From Candidatus Shapirobacteria bacterium (GTDB lineage Bacteria > Patescibacteriota > Microgenomatia > VGLL01), in the NCBI GenBank assembly GCA_016866735.1, contig VGLL01000001.1, positions 1 through 60,671 of the forward strand: a stretch of DNA of 60,671 nt, read 5' to 3'. Shown here in pieces: positions 9,114 through 16,267 of this stretch. A model generated the notes under the pieces. The model was not told the origin of the DNA, made no database searches, and saw only the letters and a program-made list of their open reading frames with translations. Made by a program: the position numbers and the translations under genes. The first letter of the stretch is position 1, and the number at the start of each line of letters is the position of its first letter.

Positions 9114-9989
9114 ATGGCTCAAAAAATTAGTCAAGAGGCAAGCTTAGCTTGTCAAGTGGGGAATACCAGAGAAGTTTTAGTCGAAGGAATAATTTTGAAG
9201 AGAGAGGACGAAAATCCCACCGGTTCAATTAAGGACAGGGGAATTTCTTATCAAATTGATCAAGCAGAGGAAAGAGGTTTGAGTGATTTGGTTCTTTCTT
9301 CTTCGGGAAATGCGGCCATCTCCGCGGCCTATTTTTGCAGGCGGGCAGGAATTAATCTATCTATATTTGTTTCCCCTAAAATAAGTAAAGTAAAGCTAAA
9401 GAGGATAAGGGGTTTGGGAATCACGGTTTTTCAAACTCCGCGGCCGATTAGCGGAGCGATAAGATTTGCCAAAGAGAACGGTTTTTTGAATTTGAGACCA
9501 TCCGCTGCCGCAGATGGGCCCGTTGGTTACCAATCTATTGCCGCGGAGATATTTGATAGGTGGGGGAAAATTGATTCGATTTTCTTACCTGTTTCCAGTG
9601 GCACAACCTTGGTGGGTGTCGCCGAAGGGTTTAAAAAACTAGGTTTTCTGCCGCAAATTCATGCCGTCCAAACTGCGGCTATTTGCCCCATTGCCGGTAA
9701 GTTTGACCAAGACTTCGTTCCCGTCAAGTCTAGTCTAACTTCCGCCTTAGTGGCCAAATTCTTGCCCAGAAAGAAACAGGTGTTAGAATTAATCAGAAAG
9801 TCAGGTGGCTGGGGGTGGGCAATTTCCGACGAAGAAATTACCCAAGCCGATGTTTGGCTCAAAGAGAGGGGAATAAGTACTTCCTTTGAGGGGACAGCGG
9901 CCCTGGCTGGAGTTTTTAAGGCAAGACGGAAGCATTGGTCTTTAGGAGAAAAGATTGTTTGCCTTTTAACTGGAAAGAAATATGATTAG
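9114..9989 (+). CDS. fold-type II PLP-dependent enzyme (threonine synthase / cysteine synthase / serine racemase superfamily), short form
   Basis: KREDENPTGSIKDRG (PLP-lysine motif), SSGNAA and a PVSSGTTLVG glycine-rich loop. At 291 aa it is shorter than a canonical ThrC. Confidence 0.65.
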   Translation: MAQKISQEASLACQVGNTREVLVEGIILKREDENPTGSIKDRGISYQIDQAEERGLSDLVLSSSGNAAISAAYFCRRAGINLSIFVSPKISKVKLKRIRGLGITVFQTPRPISGAIRFAKENGFLNLRPSAAADGPVGYQSIAAEIFDRWGKIDSIFLPVSSGTTLVGVAEGFKKLGFLPQIHAVQTAAICPIAGKFDQDFVPVKSSLTSALVAKFLPRKKQVLELIRKSGGWGWAISDEEITQADVWLKERGISTSFEGTAALAGVFKARRKHWSLGEKIVCLLTGKKYD

Positions 9990-11301
9990 CGAACCCATAT
10001 TCTACTTAACTAATGATGTTAGCCACGGAATTGGCGTAGAAAAGTTACTGCCAAATTATCATATTATTTGCATTGACGATCACCCGTTAGTTACCTCTCT
10101 AATAGAGGCTGGGGTAAGGGTTTTGTGCCTCGAGAGACTTTTAAAAAGGAAAAATATAATCTTTCGGAGTAGCGGCAAGCTTTTAGAGCAGCCTGAAGTG
10201 GCAAACTATATAAAAGAAAATTCGGGTAGTAAGACGCCGAATATTCTTTATTTTAAACCCTCACCCAAAATTGACTCGCTTTGTCGAAAAAGGGGTTACC
10301 GGCGACTGGGCAACACGGCGTCATTGAATAGGATTTTTGAAGACAAAATTTCGTTTTACAAGATTTGCCACACCCTTGGGTTAGCTATTCCGCCGGGCCA
10401 AGTGGCTAACTTGGCTAAGGCAGACTTTCGAGATTTAAAAGAAAAGTATGGCCCAAAAGTAGTGATCCAATTTGGTCGGGGTTGGGCGGGATCAACCACT
10501 TTCTTTATTACCGATGCAGACCAGTTTAATAGACTAAAGTGCCGTTTCGGTAATTTGGAAGCGAAAATAACGAAATTTATAAACGGAAAAACTGTTCTTA
10601 ATAATTGTTGCGTCACTAGAAACGAGGTTTTAATAGGCCAGCCAGCGGAGCAGATACCAAGGATTTCGGATTTTACCGCCAAAGAAGGGGCAACCTGCGG
10701 CCGTATTTGGCCGGCGAGCCTTAATCGGGATCAAGTTTTACAGCTTGAAGAGATAACAAGGACCACTGGTGAATATATGCGCCAAAAAGGTTATTTGGGT
10801 TATTTTGGCCTTGATTTTCTTCTTTCCGAAGAGGGGGAAATCTATCTTTCCGAAAATAACGCTCGCTTTACCGCCTCCGCACCGTTTTACAGTAAGCTGG
10901 AGATAAAGAATGGGAGCTTGCCAATGGCGCTCTACCATATTTCGGTATTTCTCGGTGGTCCAGAAAATATGATAAAGTGGCAAAGAAAAGAGGTAACAGG
11001 GAGTGAAATCGTGGTTAGAAATAATCGTTCCTTGCCGATCACGATTAAGAAAGATTTTCAACCAGGGATATATAAGTTATGCAATTCCCTACCAAAGCCG
11101 GTGCGATCGGATTATGATGTTGGCGGCGCAAAGTCTGAGAGCGAGTTTTTCTTAACGGCAGCCGCTTACGGCAGAATCGTCAATCCCGAGATGGAGCTGG
11201 CCCGCCTAGACACTTTTGCATCCGTTAGAGAAAAAGATGGTAAACTTGCTGATTGGGCTATTAATTTGTTAAAACGTCTTAAAAAAGACCTAGCGGGCTG
11301 A
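9982..11301 (+). CDS. ATP-grasp domain protein (unknown ligase)
   Basis: C-terminal ATP-grasp pattern GYLGYFGLDFLLSEEGEIYLSENNARFTAS and a central VVIQFGRGWAGSTTFFI segment. It overlaps the PLP gene by 8 nt. Confidence 0.6.
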   Translation: MISEPIFYLTNDVSHGIGVEKLLPNYHIICIDDHPLVTSLIEAGVRVLCLERLLKRKNIIFRSSGKLLEQPEVANYIKENSGSKTPNILYFKPSPKIDSLCRKRGYRRLGNTASLNRIFEDKISFYKICHTLGLAIPPGQVANLAKADFRDLKEKYGPKVVIQFGRGWAGSTTFFITDADQFNRLKCRFGNLEAKITKFINGKTVLNNCCVTRNEVLIGQPAEQIPRISDFTAKEGATCGRIWPASLNRDQVLQLEEITRTTGEYMRQKGYLGYFGLDFLLSEEGEIYLSENNARFTASAPFYSKLEIKNGSLPMALYHISVFLGGPENMIKWQRKEVTGSEIVVRNNRSLPITIKKDFQPGIYKLCNSLPKPVRSDYDVGGAKSESEFFLTAAAYGRIVNPEMELARLDTFASVREKDGKLADWAINLLKRLKKDLAG

Positions 11302-11306
11302 TGTAG

Positions 11307-12398
11307 ATGGCTATTTTGAAATCGCAGAGAAAAAAAATCGACTGGCCGTTACTGGTTCTTTGTCTGGGAGTAGTTCTCTTCGGACTCTTAGCGATTCTTG
11401 ACGCCTCGGAGGCGATCGCCCTAAGGGACTTTGGCGACAGGTTCTATTTTTTCCGTCTCCAGGCGAGCTGGGCGGCGATAGGCTTTTTTTCCATGATTGT
11501 CTTAAGCAGGATAGATTATCATCTAGTAAGCAAGTTTTCATTTCCCCTACTTCTGGTGGCCACTCTTTTCCTGGTGGCCGTCCTATTGCCCGGAATTGGC
11601 GTTAAAGCTCTTGGCGCTCGGCGATGGCTAGGGCTTGGCCCTATTGGATTTCAGCCTGCCGATCTGGTTAAGCTTAGTCTCGTAATTTACCTTTCCTCGA
11701 TTCTTAGCAAAAGAAAAAGCCTGGCGATGGTTTTAATAATTCTTTTTCTTTTTGGTGGTTTGATAATGGCCCAGCCGGACCTAGGAACAACGGCGATCGT
11801 TTTTGGCATCGGCCTTAGCCTTTTTTTTGTTGCCGGAGGCTCTTTGTCGCATCTTTTTGTTCTGGGCGGCCTAGCAAGTTTTTTTGGCTTAATGATGATA
11901 TTAACCTCGACCTACCGCCGGTTCCGCCTGTTAACCTTTCTCGATCCGACAATTGACCCCCTGGGTATTTCCTATCATTCCCGCCAAATACTTTTGGCTC
12001 TTGGCTCGGGTGGGTTTTTTGGCTTGGGGCCAGGTCAGTCCAGGCAGAAACTTGAATACTTGCCAGAAGTGGCGACTGATTCGATATTCGCGGTGGTTGC
12101 CGAGGAGATGGGATTTTTGGGCGGGGCGATTTTGATATTGGCTCTTTTTCTAATCATTGCGCGGTTGTGGCGGGTTGCCAGCAATGCACCGGACGAGACA
12201 GGCAGGCTTTTGGTTGTGGGCGTGGCCTCTTGGGTGGCGATACAAACTATAGTTAATTTGGGGGCAATGACTGCCCTTTTTCCCCTCACTGGAGTGCCAT
12301 TGCCATTTGTTTCATATGGCGGTTCTTCTTTGGTCCTTCTTTTGAGCGGAGTTGGTATTGCCCTGAACGTTTCAGAAAAGAAAATTAAGCAAAAATGA
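11307..12398 (+). CDS. ftsW: SEDS-family peptidoglycan glycosyltransferase FtsW/RodA
   Basis: Polytopic protein with QPADLVKLSLVIYL, PDLGTT, TDSIFAVVAEEMGFLG and PLPFVSYGGSS. Confidence 0.88.
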   Translation: MAILKSQRKKIDWPLLVLCLGVVLFGLLAILDASEAIALRDFGDRFYFFRLQASWAAIGFFSMIVLSRIDYHLVSKFSFPLLLVATLFLVAVLLPGIGVKALGARRWLGLGPIGFQPADLVKLSLVIYLSSILSKRKSLAMVLIILFLFGGLIMAQPDLGTTAIVFGIGLSLFFVAGGSLSHLFVLGGLASFFGLMMILTSTYRRFRLLTFLDPTIDPLGISYHSRQILLALGSGGFFGLGPGQSRQKLEYLPEVATDSIFAVVAEEMGFLGGAILILALFLIIARLWRVASNAPDETGRLLVVGVASWVAIQTIVNLGAMTALFPLTGVPLPFVSYGGSSLVLLLSGVGIALNVSEKKIKQK

Positions 12399-13579
12399 CG
12401 GACAAAACAATTGTCATCACCGGTGGCCATCTCACTCCTGCCCAGGCAGTCATGGAGGAGTTGCAAAAAGGAGACTGGCAAATTTACTATTTCGGGCGCG
12501 AGTTTTCTCTTGAGGGCAGTCGAATTCCTTCCGTGGAATCGCAAGTTGTTCCTCGAATGGGAGTGAGGTTTATTGGTTTCCCCGCCGGCCGGCTCCAGCG
12601 GCGGCTTACCAGAGAAACTATACCGGCACTTTTGCGCATTCCCGCCGGTTTTTTTAGTGCTTTTTCTAAGCTTTGGCAGCTAAGACCCAGAGTGATCCTT
12701 TCTTTCGGTGGATATGTTTCGGTGCCGGTAGTTCTGGCTGGCTGGTTGCTAAGAATTCCCATTTTGACTCACGAGCAAACAAGAGTGTTCGGTTTAGCCA
12801 GTAAAATCAACTCCTTTTTGTCCAAGAAAGTCTTGGTGTCGTATTCAGAAAGTATAAAATTTTTTTCAAAGAAAAAAGTCATTTTAACCGGCAATCCCTT
12901 AAGGGAGGAAATATTCAACTATCAGCTATCCCGCCAAAGGCCCGCTTCGCAGCGAGACGAGCGAGGCTCGCCAGGGGCGGCGACTATTAGCAATCAGCTA
13001 TCGAGAGAAAAGCTGCCACTAATTTATATTACTGGCGGCAATCAGGGAGGACAGGTTATTAATCGGGCAGTCGAAGAGATTCTGCCACAGCTTTTAATTA
13101 AATATCGCCTTGTCCATCAGGTAGGGGGGCTGGATTATGAAAAGTTCAAAGCTCACCAAGTCGGACTTGGACAAAGTTCAAAGCTCAAAACTCCTCTCGG
13201 GGAGCGATATTTTGTTACGTCATATGTTGAGGCAAAAGATATTGGGTGGGTTTTAAATAGCGCCAGCCTGGTGGTTTCTCGGGCGGGGGCAAACATTACG
13301 AGCGAGTTGGCGGCTCTTGGGAAACCAGCGATTTTAATTCCCATACCCTGGAGCTCTCAAAATGAACAGGAAGAGAATGCCAAAGCCTTAGTTGAAGCAG
13401 GGATAGCCGTTATCCTTGAAGAGGGGCAACTTAGTGGGAAAAAATTATTACGGGCGATTGAGATGATGATGACTAATCTCTCAAGATACGAAAATTGCGG
13501 TAAAAAGACTAAGGCCCTGGCCTTACTTGGCGCGGCGCCGCGAATCGTCGCCGAAATAGAAAAATGTCTAGAGAGATAA
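12395..13579 (+). CDS. murG: UDP-GlcNAc:lipid I N-acetylglucosaminyltransferase MurG (carries a 24-codon insertion)
   Basis: ITGGHLTPAQAV, LTHEQT, GNPLR, ITGGNQGG, VVSRAGANITSELAALGKPAILIP and QNEQEENA. Confidence 0.88.
   Translation: MTDKTIVITGGHLTPAQAVMEELQKGDWQIYYFGREFSLEGSRIPSVESQVVPRMGVRFIGFPAGRLQRRLTRETIPALLRIPAGFFSAFSKLWQLRPRVILSFGGYVSVPVVLAGWLLRIPILTHEQTRVFGLASKINSFLSKKVLVSYSESIKFFSKKKVILTGNPLREEIFNYQLSRQRPASQRDERGSPGAATISNQLSREKLPLIYITGGNQGGQVINRAVEEILPQLLIKYRLVHQVGGLDYEKFKAHQVGLGQSSKLKTPLGERYFVTSYVEAKDIGWVLNSASLVVSRAGANITSELAALGKPAILIPIPWSSQNEQEENAKALVEAGIAVILEEGQLSGKKLLRAIEMMMTNLSRYENCGKKTKALALLGAAPRIVAEIEKCLER
12921..13002 (+). repeat. 10-bp direct repeat (ATCAGCTATC) bounding a 62-bp GC-rich imperfect-palindrome insert, in frame inside murG
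   Basis: ATCAGCTATC occurs at 12921-12930 and at 12993-13002, exactly 72 bp apart. The insert CCGCCAAAGGCCCGCTTCGCAGCGAGACGAGCGAGGCTCGCCAGGGGCGGCG... has complementary ends (CCGCC/GGCGG). Confidence 0.6.
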
Positions 13580-13968
13580 AAAAAAGAAAGAGGATTTTAG
13601 TCGGCTTATGCTTCATCTTCCTAATATTGTCGTGTTTTATTCTTTCCCGAGCAAAGCAACTTAGCCTTTCTTTCAGGGAGGATAAACTGGCTGAACCAAT
13701 TCAAGAAAAGACTCAGGAGGAAAAGTTCTTGGAAAAAATAAGGTTGGGGCTAGCTGATCCGGAACTCACCCTCGTGGGTGAGCCCGAAATAACAGCAAGT
13801 AGTCTCGTGGCAACGTTTTCGGGAGGGCTAGTGGTAATATTTTCTACGAAACGCGAACCGCAAGCTCAGGCCGACTCTTTACAATTTATAATCACCCGGG
13901 CTAAAATAGAAGGCAGAAGTCCAAAGAGGATCGATTTAAGGTTTAACAAGCCAGTGGTGACTTTTTAA
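13564..13968 (+). CDS. small membrane-anchored protein at the ftsQ position (function unproven)
   Basis: It has an N-terminal TM segment (ILVGLCFIFLILSCFIL) and lies between murG and ftsA, where ftsQ/divIB normally sits. No POTRA motif was recognised. Confidence 0.3.
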   Translation: MSREIKKRKRILVGLCFIFLILSCFILSRAKQLSLSFREDKLAEPIQEKTQEEKFLEKIRLGLADPELTLVGEPEITASSLVATFSGGLVVIFSTKREPQAQADSLQFIITRAKIEGRSPKRIDLRFNKPVVTF

Positions 13969-13970
13969 CT

Positions 13971-15293
13971 ATGGCCCATTCTAAAATTATTGCCGGAATC
14001 GACATAGGCTCTTCCAAGATTGCAACTATTATTGCTCAGGCTGGCCCCGACGAAGAACGGGTAAGTGTTATTGGGGCCGCCTCCGCCCCGTCGGCCGGGA
14101 TTCGGAAAGGACAGGTTATTGACATCGAGGGGGCCAGCTCAGCCATTATTGCTAGCGTGGAAGCTGCCGAGAGAATGGCTGGCTACTCGCTTAGTCGCAC
14201 TCTCGTTTCCGTGGGAGGGGCTCACATCAGTTCGCAAAATTCGCATGGGGTAGTAGCCGTTGCGGAGCCCGAAGGCGAGATTACTCCTAGCGATGTGGAG
14301 CGAGTTATCGAGGCGGCTCGGGCCGTTTCTCTCCCTTCCTCGAGAGAAATAGTTCACTGCATTCCTCGTCAGTTTACAGTGGATGGCCAAGAAGGAGTTT
14401 CTGATCCTCTCGGAATGAACGGCGTCAGATTAGAAGTCGAAACGCACATTGTTTCTGGTTCTGCCACAGCGATGCGTAATCTAGAGAAGTGTATCGCTGA
14501 AGTGGGGGCTGATATTGAAGGATTGGTTTTTTCCGGGCTGGCAGCGGCCGAAAGCGTGCTCACTCCTACGGAAAAGGAACTGGGAGTAATCCTGGTCGAT
14601 TTGGGAGGAGGGACCACCGATTTGGTCATTTTTGTTGAGGGATTTCCGGTCTACTCATCGGTTTTACCGATTGGGGCAAAAAACGTTACGAATGATTTAG
14701 CAATTGGCTTGCGTCTTTCTTTAGAGAGCGCCGAAAAATTAAAAGTTGCCTTATCGCAGAAGAGGAAAGAAGTCGTCTCTTTGCCAGACACAGAACAATC
14801 AGAAGAAAAAAAGGCAGAGTCTGCCAAGAAAGAAGACGAAATTGACCTGAACTCCTTGGGTATTTTTGAGGAGACGAGAACGGTTTCGCGAAGAACACTT
14901 ACAGAAGGAATAATTAAGCCGCGGTTGAATGAGATTTTTACGATGGTGGGATTAGAAATAAATAAAAGCGGCTTTGCCGGGATGACGCCTTCGGGAATTG
15001 TCATCTGCGGCGGCGGGGCAGAGACCGTAGGTTTGATAGAGGCCGCCAAGAGGACGCTTTCCCTACCGGCGAGAGTAGGTATCCCCGTCGGTTTTGCCGG
15101 ACTGGTTGACGATATTCTGGCGCCTGCGTACGCCGCCTCTTTGGGTCTTGTTGCCTATGGCATTAAGGGGGAAGAGAGGACCAGTCGTTTTCCCAGGCTT
15201 CCTTTGTCTTCAATTGGCGAGATCGGAAAGCACCTCCCCGTCAAGGGAGTCCTTGGCAAAATTGTCAACCTCGCCAAGTCTTTCCTCCCCTAA
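13971..15293 (+). CDS. ftsA: cell division protein FtsA
   Basis: Actin-fold motifs GIDIGSSKIATII and VDLGGGTTDLVIF, plus GGGAETVGL. It has an acidic insert and a C-terminal amphipathic tail. Confidence 0.9.
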   Translation: MAHSKIIAGIDIGSSKIATIIAQAGPDEERVSVIGAASAPSAGIRKGQVIDIEGASSAIIASVEAAERMAGYSLSRTLVSVGGAHISSQNSHGVVAVAEPEGEITPSDVERVIEAARAVSLPSSREIVHCIPRQFTVDGQEGVSDPLGMNGVRLEVETHIVSGSATAMRNLEKCIAEVGADIEGLVFSGLAAAESVLTPTEKELGVILVDLGGGTTDLVIFVEGFPVYSSVLPIGAKNVTNDLAIGLRLSLESAEKLKVALSQKRKEVVSLPDTEQSEEKKAESAKKEDEIDLNSLGIFEETRTVSRRTLTEGIIKPRLNEIFTMVGLEINKSGFAGMTPSGIVICGGGAETVGLIEAAKRTLSLPARVGIPVGFAGLVDDILAPAYAASLGLVAYGIKGEERTSRFPRLPLSSIGEIGKHLPVKGVLGKIVNLAKSFLP

Positions 15294-15295
15294 GG

Positions 15296-15366
15296 AGCGG
15301 GATAGCGGAATCGAACCGCCTTCTCCACCTTGGGAAGGTGGCATACTACCGGTGTACTAATCCCGC
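15296..15366 (-). tRNA. tRNA-Gly (anticodon CCC)
   Basis: The reverse complement GCGGGAT-TA-GTAC..GTAT-G-CCACC-TTCCCAA-GGTGG-..-GGCGG-TTCGATT-CCGCT-ATCCCGC-T folds as a cloverleaf. No CCA is encoded. Confidence 0.9.
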
Positions 15367-15377
15367 GATAACCGAGA

Positions 15378-15995
15378 TTATCTAACTAATTTTAGCACAT
15401 TTCCCGGATGGATTAGGTTGGGATTAGCGAGCTTATTGGCTTTGGCAATTTGTGACCATTTAAAGCCATCCTGATAGGCCCTAACGGCAATTTTCCAAAG
15501 ACTGTCTCCCTTAACCACGGTGTATTCCGTACCGCCTATCGGCTCGGCAGCTAGTAAGCCGCCCTTAGCTGTCTCTGTAGCCTGGACTACTGGCTGGCGA
15601 ACTTCTGCTTTAGGAATTCTCAGCTCCTGTCCTGCCAAAATTTTTTCCGGTCCTTTGAGGCCATTTTCCCGGGCGATGTCAACCCAATTATATCCCGAGC
15701 CATAAAACCTTAGGGCGATCTTCCAAAGACTATCACCCTTTTCGGTTTTATAGGTAATGGGCAATTCAGAGGAAACCGGCGATGGTGTGTTAGCAGGAGT
15801 AATGCTCGATGGCGTTTCTGGCCTTAGAAATGGTAAGCTCGGCCCCGTTATGCGGTTGATGCCGCGAAAATAGTTGAATAGCAAAAGACCGATTACAACA
15901 ACGACCAGAGTGCCCAAAACCACGCTTATGGCGCCCTCGGCTAACTTAAGACCCTTCAAAATATTTTTAATTGTCATGATACCTGCCTTATTCAC
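15378..15995 (-). CDS. membrane-anchored protein with two LysM domains
   Basis: It has an N-terminal TM segment and two LysM repeats (YKTEKGDSLWKIALRFYG...LAGQELRIP ; YTVVKGDSLWKIAVRAYQ...IHPGNVLKL). Confidence 0.85.
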   Translation of the reverse strand: MNKAGIMTIKNILKGLKLAEGAISVVLGTLVVVVIGLLLFNYFRGINRITGPSLPFLRPETPSSITPANTPSPVSSELPITYKTEKGDSLWKIALRFYGSGYNWVDIARENGLKGPEKILAGQELRIPKAEVRQPVVQATETAKGGLLAAEPIGGTEYTVVKGDSLWKIAVRAYQDGFKWSQIAKANKLANPNLIHPGNVLKLVR

Positions 15996-16044
15996 CCCCT
16001 TTCGGGCAGATTTTTTGGGCAGGTTTTGATAACCAAGTCAGAAT

Positions 16045-16206
16045 TGGCGGACCCGGCCGGACTCGAACCGGTGATCTCCCGCCCAAATTTGCGGGGCCGA
16101 CGAGACTTGAACTCGCGGCCTCTTCCGTGACAGGGAAGCGCTCTAGCCAACTGAGCTACGGCCCCAAATTTTTGGCGGGCTATGTTGACCGCTACACCAC
16201 GCGTCC
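16045..16206 (-). tRNA. tRNA-like gene whose anticodon region is interrupted by the complete tRNA-Asp gene (split, intron-containing or disrupted tRNA; identity unresolved)
   Basis: The minus-strand 5' half is GGACGCG-TG-GTGTAGCGGTCAACAT-A-GCCCGCC (acceptor plus a D-arm with an AGCGG loop). The 3' half is GGCGGGA-GATC-ACCGG-TTCGAGT-CCGGC-CGGGTCC-G-CCA (a T-arm with a canonical GTTCGAGTCC, an acceptor and an encoded CCA). The halves pair with each other except for one G-G and one A-C mismatch. Confidence 0.45.
16092..16165 (-). tRNA. tRNA-Asp (anticodon GTC)
   Basis: The reverse complement GGGGCCG-TA-GCTC-AGTTGGCTA-GAGC-G-CTTCC-CTGTCAC-GGAAG-AGGCC-GCGAG-TTCAAGT-CTCGT-CGGCCCC-G folds as a cloverleaf. 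No CCA is encoded. Confidence 0.92.
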
Positions 16207-16216
16207 ACGCAACTTC

Positions 16217-16246
16217 ATACTATCACATGATTGAGGTTTTAGTCAA
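16217..16246 (-). promoter_or_regulatory. sigma70-like promoter for the tRNA transcription unit
   Basis: The minus strand reads TTGACT (16246-16241), an 18-nt spacer, then TAGTAT (16222-16217). The predicted start lies a few nt upstream of the outer tRNA-like 5' end at 16206. Confidence 0.45.
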
Positions 16247-16267
16247 CCGGATGGTATCATTGCAAGT

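Noticed and set aside
15094-15360. An 88-aa plus-strand ORF spanning the ftsA 3' end and the tRNA-Gly gene.
   Set aside because: It is off-frame within ftsA and runs through a well-folded tRNA on the opposite strand.
16166-16180. An archaeal-type bulge-helix-bulge intron, or a group I intron, as the explanation for the nested tRNA.
   Set aside because: The flanking helix has only a 2-nt/1-nt asymmetric internal loop, not two 3-nt bulges separated by 4 bp. The 90-nt insert is itself a tRNA and is far too short for a group I intron.
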